The notes under the pieces were generated by a model, which saw nothing but the letters and a program-made list of their open reading frames with translations, was not told where the DNA came from and made no database searches. Shown here piece after piece: positions 52,907 through 64,000 of a DNA stretch of 64,000 bases. The DNA lies in the NCBI GenBank assembly GCA_038496445.1, contig JALMLS010000626.1, positions 10,675 to 74,674 on the forward strand. The letters run 5' to 3'. Within the stretch, counting starts at the first letter, position 1. Every line of letters begins with the position of its first letter. The position numbers and the translations under genes are program-made. Origin of the DNA: Trichosphaerium sp. ATCC 40318. Its lineage: Eukaryota > Protista > Tubulinea.

Positions 52907-53254
52907 ATAGAAAAAAACAAAATAACAATTTTGATTACCACGCTTCACGTTCATTTATTGTCGTATCTATAAGCCACTGCGCCAAAAGCGTATTAACTCA
53001 CTCGCTATCGGAATGAGGTGAACCCTTATACTACATTATGTATGCAATCAAACGCATTCTGCAATCACGATTATTGCTTTAACAAGATAAACTAAGCTGT
53101 AAAACACTCATGTTAAATCAACAGTAGAATAAGCATTAAACCTGGAATGGTGCATTGGACAATTGTCCACTTGCACTAGAATGACTACTCGAGCTGGTTG
53201 GTAATCCAATTACTAGACATTTATGCAGAAAACTGATTTTAATCAATTGATTTA

Positions 53255-55252
53255 TTACTTCATTTTATCCATGAACTGTTGAGCAACCTTTGTTGCTGTA
53301 GCAGCATCAGCTGCTTCAGCAATTACACGGACAACTGGTTCTGTGTTGGATTTGCGTAAGTGCACCCACCAATCTGCGAAAACGAATTAAAACAAAGAAC
53401 AATAAAAAGAAATATAAAACATACCTGCAGTGTCTATTCTAGTACCATCAACACTTGATAACTTTGCGTCTGGGTTTCCCCTCCATTCCTTTGCTACAGA
53501 TTCGATGACTTCATCAGCGTTACTTGTCACTGGAACCTATAAAATCAATTTATTAAGACTCCAAACCATTTTATAAAACAAAGCTCGGTTTACCTTCAAT
53601 TTTACAATCTCCCATTGTGGTAAGGATGCTTTAAGTTGGCTTAACGTTGCATCACCTTGACTCAATAGTTGAAGTGCTAGTGTGGCAGCTTAAAGGTAAA
53701 CAATGTAAGCACGTATTATCCGGAACAAAGGTCGTGTAGTATTTACCAACAGGTGCGTCTCTGCCAATATGTAAGTCAGGTAACATAACTCCTCCATTGC
53801 CCTAGGTTTTTTTGTGAATATAAAACGACTGTTTGGTCTACAAAATTCGTACTTCTCCACCAATGACAGCCTTGATCTCTTGCATCTTTTTAGCGACATG
53901 AATTTCGCCAACAGGTGTAGCAAATGTTTCGCATCCGTATTCCTTCGCTATATCATCCACTGCACGTGATGATGATAAATTCTTGCACACGGCTCCTTTC
54001 TTATGCGCCAAAAAGAACTTTACAGCCATAGCGAGCGTATACTCCTCACCTTAAATAAAGTCAACACAAACAAATGAAAAAATCGATTAACACACCGATA
54101 GGGACACCCTTTTCGTCAATAAACACACAGCGATCAACGTCAGGATCAGTGGCAATACCTTACACTTGATTAATAACAATAACAACAGGAAGACAACTGA
54201 GTAAACGAGTACCCAAGTCAGCGCTGTTTTGTTTTACAGCGTCACAAAGTTGTGATAAGTGAGACGGAATTGGTTCTGGCATATGTGCAAACACGCCTGT
54301 AGGGTCTGTATTCAAAGGAATCACCTGACACCCTAGAGTCTCCAGTAACTTTGTCATGATAGGACCTCCTGCGCCATTAACCTGTGGGCGCATTGTAAGC
54401 ACTTTGGCGTTGAGATAAAATATTTCGAAAAAAAAAAACCAAAAAGGGTTGTGCTTGGTACGTACTGTATCTAATACAACCTTGAACTTTTTAGCTGCTA
54501 TTTTAGTTGTGTCAATATAAGGTAAGGCCAACAGCTTTTTGATATGAATATCGTTAGCGTCTGTAATGCTTTCAGAGTGTCCATAAGTTGTTGGTGGAGT
54601 GACATATGTGAATTCACCAGCGTCAGCCACTTTTATAAATTCGGCTACCTTCTCTGGGGAGATAAACAAGCCATCTACGCGAATAACCGATTTAGAAAAA
54701 GAAATAAAAAAATTTGTTGTTCACTTCATTCACGTACCTGCGTCCACAAATTTGAGCCCATTCCACTCCACAGGGTTATGCGAGGATGTAATGATGACGC
54801 CACCAACAGCAGAGTAGTGTTGAACCATCACTTGGACAGTGGGCGTTGGTACAATGCCAACTTCTACCTACGTTGTAAACAACGTAAGAGGGTAGCTACG
54901 TAAAAGTACTTTGAAGCGACATACCGTGTCATAACCCATAGCGTTCAGAACGCCAATTACTACTGACGTAACCCAATGACCTAAACGGTTAAAAACAGGA
55001 ACAGAAGCAACAATCATCTTTGTGACGAAGTTTACAAACATACCTGATACTCTCGAATCTCTGCCAACAATAATTTTTCCATTTGGTCGCGTTTTACGCT
55101 GTACAGTAGCAAAAGCGGCCACATATTTGTTAATTACAACTGGTGTTAGTGACTTGCCAGCAATGCCACGTACTCCAGAAATGGAGACCTAATATGCACA
55201 TCAGACACTTATTTAATGCGTGTAGTACCATTAATGGCGCTTTAGAACTCAT
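53255..55252 (-). CDS. Alpha-D-phosphohexomutase (GlmM/PMM-PGM-like)
   Basis: SISGVRG, VGRDSRVS, ITSSHNP, TDPDVDR, VIGGE|GNGG, HLRKSNTEP motifs. Confidence 0.95.
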
Positions 55253-55299
55253 TGTTATGTTTGGTTACGCTAAAAAATATATCCAATTTATTTTTTTTT

Positions 55300-58105
55300 A
55301 ATTGGGCGGGGCGCTTGCGGGAGATAGTCAATGCAAATTCGTCGGCGACAGAAAAGGCGAAACAGCGATACCAAAGGGAACAACGGAGGTAAAAAGCAAC
55401 TACAGAGACTGAAATAAGAGAAAATAAAGCGATTTTGATGAGCTCGAAAGTTTTGTTTTTTTTTTTGATCAAAAATATCCACAAAAAAAGAAACCGTACA
55501 GACGCTACAAACTGAGAAAGGGCGCACCAAAGGGGTTAAAAAACCCAACCGCGAGTGGTTTATGACAAAAAAAGGGTGGTACAAAGCGCGCGGGCGGGTA
55601 GAACGCGGCAAACAAACCTTCGAAAAGTTTTTTTTTTACCCACTGTGGATATTTGTACCGGCTTTGAAGTGAGTAATAACGGTGTTGAACCAAGCCAGGA
55701 CCACGAAAACTCGATATTTTCGGGAAAGGGAGCCAGTCTTTCAACCGTGTAGCCTAATGGAGGCGTAAATGGAGAAAAGACTATGAGGCATAAACCAAAA
55801 TCAGATTCCCCCAAAAACGCTAGGCGATTTACCTGCGCGGAAGGACAAGGAAAAATTTTGAGTGAAATGCGCCTGCAGAAATCGCATCTCTTTCCCTTGG
55901 CATAATCGAGAAAACAAAAAAGAATCGGTCGAACGCATAAAAAAGTGCATTTGAAGAAAATGCAGCAAAACGCGACGTCCGAAAGCCCTTTTGTTGTACC
56001 CGATGAACGAGCCCACAGGGAGTGCACGGTGACCATGGGTTCCGCCCATCGTGCAGCACATTTACGGTGACTGACTATCACGCCTGAGCAACACTCCCAA
56101 AATACAGGAGTGCGCTCAAGTGTGACGGTTAAGCACGAGGACCTAGGATGCTGTCGTCTTCTACCATATAAGCCCCCTATGAAACATGCGTACAAACATA
56201 GCAACATAGCAACATAGGCATTGGTAATCGACTTGTGGCTCCAACACAACCTTTCGTCTGAGGTGATGACAATGTGTGTTCTGTAACTACAGAACACTGT
56301 TTATCAAGGCATAACGAAAAGGGTAGTCTGTATTCTTCTATCGCAAGAAAAGACACTTTTGGACCAAACACGTGGTTCTATTGAGTTTTTGAGCGTTTTT
56401 GAGCACATGACTGTAAGTCCTCTTTGCTATGCGATCCCTCTTACTTCCTACTGGAAAGTAGACATGAGCATTTTAGTTGCGCTTACGCACACACACACAA
56501 AAACCACGAGTATGGCTACTCTAGCTTTCTTATGTGATAGAAAAGGCCGAGTTAAGCTCGTCTCTTAGTATATCCATCGATGACGATGCCAGTTGGTTGT
56601 TGTTGTGTGTGGTAATTGCAGCTTTAATACTTGTCCACTCCCAGAATGAAGAGTTCTCTTCTATCATTATAACGCACGTTTTAGTACGGAGCGTAGAAAT
56701 GTTAATCGAGTTCTTGGGTTACGAGACTGTACTCTCAAAGATACAGCAACACAACCACTTCAATAGTGTGTGATGTTAGTGACACAAAATACTCTCAAGT
56801 ACTTTGTATCATTAGAACGCAGACATTGTTACAATACAATATTGTCCTGAGTGGATCAATGTTTATTGTACAACGTGGACACCTGTACTCCTCCTTCATC
56901 TTATCTCTGTCATATGAAACGACAGATTGATAAAGAGATGTCGATCGAGTCATTGTCAATTAGACATGTTGAAAATTGAGCTTGTAGCCCTGAGTGGGCA
57001 AACAGTTCAATACAACATGAGTTGAAGCCCTGAGTGGGCAACAACTACTTGTGTACAAAACCACATGTTCTCTTCTAGCATTAGAACACTCGTTTGGAGT
57101 GTAGAAATGCTAATCGAGTCATGGTCAGCCGAAACTTGGCTCCCTCTTCTAGCATTAGAACACTTTATCACAATGTGTAGAAATGCTAATCGAGTAGCAA
57201 GATTTGGCAAATTCACGGTTCCTAGTATGTGCAAGTCACATCACCAAGAGCACGTGAATAAAAGTTGAAGCCCTTAGTGGGCAACAACTACCAATATAAA
57301 CACATGTTCTCTTCTAACATTATAACACCTCCAAAAAAGGTGTAGAAATGCTAATCGAGTCCAGAGTTATACAGCTCTAAGTATGTGCAAAGTCACATGC
57401 TTAGGTTGAGAGAAAGGAATCAAAGTGTTCCAGATATTTCAACAGAAGCTGTAACAACATATCCAAAACACCCAATGGAAAGATAAAGTATCAAGTACTT
57501 GGGTAATAATAGATGTGAGCCTGAAGCAGAAATGTGAAAGGCAAACTTGACGGAAAGGCACACAAGCCAAGTACATCAATAAAAGCAAGTGTAGCAAATT
57601 GCTACAACTTGAAGGCTTAACAAGGAAAGGCACAGTTCAAGTACTTGAATAAGTAAAGAAAAACCAAAAAAAAAAAAAAAAAAAAAAAAAAAGAGTGTAT
57701 GAAAAATGATGCAGTTGCAAGCTATTACCGACGATGCCTCAAGGGCTACTCAGTAAAAAAAATAGGCATGACTCATCAAGAAAAGTAGTCCTTTAAAAAG
57801 ACACAACCCTATGCTGTTGTGGCAATGTGCTCTATGAGCATCTCTTGCCATAAAAACCATAACCAAGACACATCAGCTTCTTCTCCAACAAGAAAGGCTG
57901 GTGTTGTCCGGCACCAGGTATTTGTGATGTTCATCAAAAAGACCTTCGTCTATATATCCTCCTTGAAAGAGAATAGGAATAAAGATTGAATGGTTTCTTA
58001 TGAAGTTCATTCTTCAAAAAACCACCTAAAAACCTCAACCACCTTTGGTCTGATGAGAATTTATTTTAAATGCAGCTATCTGCTTTAAAACTCTGATGCA
58101 AAAGG
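55300..58105 (+). other. rDNA upstream spacer / 5' ETS with repeated hairpins and a long poly-A run (~57667-57692)
   Basis: Non-coding, lies immediately before the SSU 5' end, and contains duplicated inverted-repeat modules. Confidence 0.7.
56653..57400 (+). repeat. Repeated hairpin modules in the rDNA spacer
   Basis: CTCTTCTAGCATTAGAACAC-N-GTGTAGAAATGCTAATCGAG at ~56655, 57069, 57144, 57308. GCCC-TGAGT/TTAGT-GGGC at 56987, 57027, 57270. Confidence 0.85.
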
Positions 58106-60755
58106 TACCTGGTTGAGCCTGCCAGGAGTGATAAGCTTTCTCGAAGGATTAAGCCATGCAAGCTCAGCAAAGAGGTATCCTCGGAGCCGCAAACGGCTCC
58201 TTAAAACGGTCGTAACCCACCCGACAAGACTAATAATGGTCACGTCATTTTGCACACAGGAACTTGTTTCCTAAACGCACTATAACCAAAACTCGTGGCC
58301 TCCCCCGCGGATAACCGGGATTAAAGGAAACCTGCGGCTAATACGTAATGCGCCTAGCGCTGCCGATGGGCCCCTCTGCTGCAAGGACCCATCGGTCGCA
58401 TCCAACGCTCAGGAGCGGACGATCACCCGATCCCATCTTGGTTCGCCAAGGGAAGCAGCCTCCCCTTAGGAAGCGGCGTCCGTACTCCGTCGGGAAGAGC
58501 GGCGTTGGGGCATGCGATGGAGTTATGAGGAGTTCTCTCTGACTAGACATGTTTCTAAAAAAAAAAGTTGAAGTTTACATAAGTGAAACTAGGTGAAAGA
58601 AAAATGAACATTGTTCAAATCTCGATCCTTCGCTGAATGTGCTTCTTCATAAAGATCATATCGATATAAAGTTGAGAGTTCTCCCCCTCCACGAGTCGGA
58701 AGGGCGGCCGACCTATCAGCCAGGCGGTAGGGTAACGGCCTACCGCGGCAGTGACGGGTAACGGGGAACTAGGGTTCGGTTCCCGGAGAAGGGGCATTAG
58801 ATACGGCCCCTGTACTTACGGGTAACAGCAGGCGCGTAACTTGGCCATTGATTGCAAATCGAGCCAGCGACTGAGTGTAACGAGGCCGGCATTTAAACCG
58901 GTCGTCGCAATGAGGGGCAACTGAATGTCGCCCTGAGAAACTATTGGAGGACAAGTTGGGTGCCAGCACCCGCGGTAACACCCACTCCGAAAGCTTATAC
59001 TTTTGCTGTTGCTGTTAAAGCGCTCGCAGTCCAAACAACGACACAGCTGAGAGGGACAAGGTTTAGATATAAGAATTTATTCTTTTGAACAAACCCCCCG
59101 ACTCTTTTTCATCGCCCGACCAGGCATAAATGGCTTCGCTCAAACGCAAGGTCAGTTTAGGCTTCGGCCGCTATGCCACCCACCAGCATCCTGGAATTGG
59201 GCTTTAAAAAAACAAAAAACAACACTTTACCAAGTGCGACGCTCAAGTCTCATTTTAACTAAGTATGAACAATATCCTGATATGCAAGTCTGAGTGAAAA
59301 CTCATGTTCTTCATTAAGGGAATAAAAACATTGTGAATTACAAAAAGTACTTTGAGGAAAAACTTGAGTTAGTCTTCACACTAATAAAGAACACACGATT
59401 ACTAGGTGCGTACGGGGTAGAGAGTGTGGTATCAGCGAGGAGTGAAATCTTTTGACCTGATCCAAACTACCCGAAGCGAAGGCGCTCTGCAAGGGCGTGG
59501 CCGGTGATCTAGAACGATGGTGGAGGGAGCGAAGCGGATTAGAGACCCGTGTAGTCTCCACAGTAAACGATGCCGACTGAATGGGCGCCGGGCAAACCAA
59601 GGCTCGGGGCCCGTTCCCACGGGAAACCGAAGTAATCGGGCCCAGGGGGGAAGTATGGTCGCAAGGCTGAAACTTAAAGGCATTGACGGAGCAACACCAC
59701 CAGGCTCTGGAGGCTGCGGCTCAATTTGACTCAACGCGCGACAACTTACCGGGATCGGACGCTCTAAGGGGACGAACAGACTGAAGGGTCTTTTCCGAGT
59801 TAGCTAACGGTGGTGCATGGTCGTTTTAGGCTCGTGGACTTATCTGTCAGGTTTATTCCGATAACGGGCGAGATCGCTACTGTCACATTGATTCCCCCGC
59901 CTCGTGCGGGACCCCTGTGCAGGACTGACGGCGAAAAGTCGTAAGAAGCGGCGGCTATAACAGATCCGGGATGCCCCCAGATATTCCGGGCCGCACGCGG
60001 CCTACACTGCTTAGTTCAACGGGTTCCTGGGCCGAACAGGCATCCGGGCAAGCCCTGAAACCGCCAGAACACTTCTTCACGACAGCGAGTTAAACCTCAG
60101 ATTTTATTATCTAAATACGACTACACTTAAACGCACCTTCGGAAACTACCACCTTCATAACAAAAGTCTGTCCTGAACCTAATATAAAGAGTTAACCCCC
60201 TCGTCGAGGCTTTTTAGGAAGTTAAATTCCTTTAATGTTAAGATGAGAAGCGCTGTTAGATGAAAACTTACATCTTTGGACTTGTTCCTTAGTGTAAACA
60301 TTGAAAGAGCTGTGGATCGTTTCAAATTAACAAACAAGGTTTCTTCTTCACTTAAATGCTTTGACTTGGAAGATTATATCTTTACCAAGGCAAACTTTAT
60401 TATGAAGCAAGTTTCTGCAATGTTCATAAAAAATACATGAAAGCGCACCGTGTGGTCGATTTGGATGTTAAGTGTGCTCAATGCTGCTTCTTCGAAAAGA
60501 CACATGCGTGCTTAGGGACTGGTTGCTGTAACTGTAGCCACGAACGCGGAATGCCTCGTACAGGTGTGTCATCAACGCACCTGGAATCTGTCCCTGTTGC
60601 TTGTACACACCGCCCGTCGCATCGACCGATGTGGGTGCGAGTGAGACCAGGGGGGACGACCGGCTTGCCGGTTATCGAACCTGCTCGAACTTGCGCTCAT
60701 AAAGGATGATGAAGTCGTAACAAGGTTTCAGTAGGTGAACCTGCTGAAGGATCAA
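58106..60755 (+). rRNA. Small-subunit (18S) rRNA, highly divergent, ~2.65 kb with large inserts
   Basis: tacctggttgagcctgccag, gattaagccatgc, gtgccagcacccgcggtaa, gaaacttaaaggcattgacgg, tgtacacaccgcccgtc, aagtcgtaacaagg..gaaggatca. Confidence 0.97.
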
Positions 60756-60995
60756 TACTATTGGTATTAAACCCTTAGAAGCAATTAAACCAACTTTTAA
60801 CCAAGTTTAAAAGAAAAAATTGGAGTATCAGCTCTGGTTTGGTAAATCTAATCTTACCTCGGTAAGTGAAGATGCAATCATCCTCTGCTGTGGTGATATC
60901 TTGCATATCTGCCAGCTCCACAACCGCCATTTTGGCAAACCAAAACACAGTCGTGGCACGACTATAAAGAACGTCAAGATTTTCGAAAGAAACCA

Positions 60996-61160
60996 AACCT
61001 TGTCGGTGAACGGTTAGGCACCTCCCCCGAAGAAGGCCATGGATCACTATGAAACCAGCCACCGGAATCGCTCTCATCTGAAGGTGGCATTGCCGAATGC
61101 CTCAGGCCGCGTTCTGTATTCTCACGAATCACAGGCAAAGGAGCGTGACTCAGCGACGCC
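60996..61160 (+). rRNA. 5.8S rRNA, highly divergent
   Basis: GC-rich island between AT-rich ITS1 and ITS2. Its 3' end gactcagcgacg can pair with the LSU 5' end cgtcctgagtt. Confidence 0.75.
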
Positions 61161-61364
61161 AGCAAAACAAACACTAAATTTATTTGGTGCTGCGTATGGT
61201 GTACACACTTAATCTTCTAAAAAAAGAAAGTGGTTGCCACAACTAATTAATAAATTGCCGGAAGTGATGTTCCTCCAGAACTCATGCCTAGCTTACTTAA
61301 GCGAAGCTTTAGAGCGAAGGTTGGTTTACATACTGAACTGAAAGCATTAAAAAAAACACAACTT

Positions 61365-64000
61365 GCGTCCTGAGTTACACTTGGCGACCTGCCTAAGTTA
61401 AGCATATCATTGGGGCAGAGGAAAGGAAACCAAAAGGGACTCCCTGAGTAGCGGCGAGCGAAAGGGGACAAGCTCAAGCCTGAATCCGAGCCTAGCATCG
61501 GAGTTGTGGGCTAAGGCGTGGTGGCTCTTCCAGACGTTGACGGGAATTACGCACGAGTCGTAGCCGTAGAGGGTGCGAGCCCCGTACGCTGTCAACCGAG
61601 GAAATAGAGTCCCATCGTCCAGGAGTAGTATGGTTTGGCCGTGCCATACGAAGTTACCGGGAGGTTACCCGGCAAGGCTAAGTATCGGGAGGTGGCCGAT
61701 AGCGCACCAGTACCGTGAGGGAAGACTGAAACAGCACTCCTCGATAGAGGGTTAAAAGACCCGAAGCCGGCAAGGGTACAAATGGCACGGAGTACGTAGG
61801 TGCCCTGCACCTAATCTGCACATGGCAGACGCTCTTGTAGCGAGGGAAAAGCGACCGGGGCCTTGTGCCCTGGAAGATTATAATGAAACAAAACGTCGAG
61901 GGGAAGGTAACATAGAAGTGACTAACACAAAAAAGTCATACTGGCTAACTGTGCTGTCCACACCATCCTACAAGCTGAAAAGCATAAAAACGTGGGTTTG
62001 GTTGAAAGGACATCAAAAAGCACTTTTAAACCTTTAAATGGCGTTGGTTCACTGAAATTACTGAAACCTCCGAATGTACGTCTTCTTCCGAAAGGAACGA
62101 AGTTCGTCATTCATCGTCCACAACCTCAATGAGGCTCTATGCCCTTATTGGGCCATGGCCTCCGTGTATCCCGTCTTGAAACACGGATCAAGGAGTTCGC
62201 CGAGCGTGCGAGGGTGAGAGATCAAACCTCCAACCCGCACAGAAATGAAGCCAAGGATAAGCTCCTAGGCCGTCAAGTTCTTTATATAAAAACAAACGTA
62301 TTACAGTCACATGTATAAGTTTGCAAAGATCGACATAAAAAACCGACTATGCTATTATCATGTTTTTGTTACGCAAGTAATTAAAAACACGTCACACCAA
62401 AGTAGATACACTTTGCCATCTCCGGCGTTGTTCTCTTGGCAGGCGATAGTACGTTGGGCGATACCCGAAAGGTAGCGATCTATACCCGAAAAGGGGGAAG
62501 GCGGGAGAAATCCCGCTGGACGCCCGTAGCGTTGCTGACGTGCAAATCGCTCGCCGGACATTGGGTATAGGGGCGAGAGACCAAACGAGCTGCCAACGTA
62601 GCTGGTACCGTTCGAAGTATCCCTAAGGATAGAGGGGGTCCGTGACGCCGGTCTCGTCTCGTAGAGCCACTGGAAAGAGGTATCGGAGGCCAAAGTTGCC
62701 ATCGACCTATTATCAAACACATAAGAGGCGACCGACTACAGGCCGAATGGCTGTAGTCACCGAGACGGTGGACCCCTATTGGGCCGGTCTTGATAAGCAG
62801 GACTGACGAGACGGTTTTAAACGCGAGCAGCAGCAAAGGCGCCCGAATAGGCAGTAACCAAGACAACGAAGGCGGTGTTCCAGTTTAGACAGCTGGAAGG
62901 TGGACATGGAAGTCGTCATCCTCTAAGGAGTGAGTAACTTCTCACCAGCCGAATTGGGACGCGCCGAAAATGGATGGCGCTAAACTGCCTTAGCCGCCGC
63001 TGCGCGATCGCCCCGGCTCGGCCCAGGGTGCGGTAGGACGGCGTGCTGGTGGCGTAGAAGGGGGGCGGTGGCGTCCACCCGGAGCCACCAGCAGTGATGA
63101 TCTTGGTGGTAGTAGCAATTGGAGCCTGGTGAAACAGTGTTTATCACAGCCAGGTCGCCCAAGTGGGGAAGGGTTTCGCGGTGATGGCATTCAGCTGCGA
63201 GTTAGCCGGTCCTAAGCCAGCTCCTAATAGAGTATACTGTTTGATGCTGGCAGACGACACCTTGTTCGGATGAACTTTACTGTTTTCTGAAGACTGGTGG
63301 AAGTCTGCGATGCTTTCAACTCGGCGAAAGGCAACCTGGTGAGTAATCCAGGGCATGGGTAAGGAGGATGCATTTGCTTTAGAAGTGGCAACACTGAGAG
63401 AGAGAGCGCACGCGAGCAACCACACTTCTGCGGGGCCTTCTCCCGCGCCTAAGCTATTCGAGGGAAACTCCCCGGAGCCACGTAAAGCGGCGAAGGGAAA
63501 GAGTCGAGGGTAGCTAATGGGAAAGCACTTTTGCTTTCTAGGGGTGTTGGTGAGCTCGTTCTCACGAGGCTGCTCCTCTCCGAAGCCGACACTTTCGGGT
63601 GTTCAGTGTCCTCCAGGCTCATACCGTACCGAAAACCGCATCAGGTCCCCTAGGTTAGTCACCTCTGGCGCTGCACGGTGTAAACGGCGTAAGGGAAGTC
63701 GGCATACGCGGCCCGTAACTTCGGGAAAAGGGCTGGCTCTGCTGACCGGGACCCGGGACGACGTGCGTCTGCGCTACTTCAGTGTAGCCCCTTCGGGAAC
63801 GGCGCACAGTCCCTGCAAAGAGGTCCACAAGCGGATCATGGCGGAACTCTCAGAAGCTTAGAGAACCCAACTGTTTACTTAAAACTTAGCCCTTTGATAC
63901 CTCCTCTGAGGTCTGACAAAGGGTGACTCCTGCCCAGTGCTTTGAAAGTTGCGGTGCTTAATTTCACCCAAGCACGGGTTAACGGCGGGAGTAACTATGA
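61365..64000 (+). rRNA. Large-subunit (28S) rRNA, 5' part, truncated by window end
   Basis: ttaagcatatc, agtagcggcgagcgaa, gtaccgtgagggaa, ccgtcttgaaacacgga, cgtaacttcgggaaaagg, aacggcgggagtaactatga. Confidence 0.97.

Noticed and set aside
1-55252. Alternative genetic code or stop-codon readthrough suggested by fragmented ORFs
   Set aside because: Breaks are explained by short introns, and TAA, TAG and TGA all end conserved genes.
56653-57400. CRISPR-like array (conserved repeats with variable spacers)
   Set aside because: Irregular period, variable parts only ~10-15 nt, eukaryotic rDNA context and no cas genes.
60065-60505. Group I intron in the SSU gene
   Set aside because: No recognisable P/Q/R/S core elements, and the insert is at a variable region rather than a typical conserved insertion site.
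55242-64000. ORFs in the spacer and rRNA region, including the 245 aa ORF at 55560-56297
   Set aside because: They overlap rRNA or spacer, show no protein motifs and have no homing-endonuclease signature.

Overview
AT-rich, gene-dense eukaryotic nuclear DNA with many short spliceosomal introns, read in the standard genetic code (TAA, TAG and TGA all serve as stops). Gene content suggests a free-living protist, probably amoebozoan-like; this is inference only. Bases 1-55.3 kb hold about 23 protein genes. The remaining ~8.7 kb is a structured rDNA spacer followed by a very divergent SSU-5.8S-LSU unit (truncated) with GC-rich cores and AT-rich inserts. Main leads: (1) two paralogous genes made of 5-6 Trp-rich ~65-70 aa repeats fused to a PD-(D/E)xK (Vsr/DUF559/RAP-like) nuclease domain, one lying tail-to-tail with (2) a BAH + DNMT3-type cytosine methyltransferase; (3) a ~1,300 aa mitochondrial-looking protein ending in a Pam16/Tim16 J-like domain; (4) a clear U12-type intron and several GC-AG introns; (5) a 7TM-TKL kinase fusion; (6) the aberrant rRNA and repeated spacer hairpins. 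Gene models were spliced by hand and family calls rest on recalled motifs, with no database searches.
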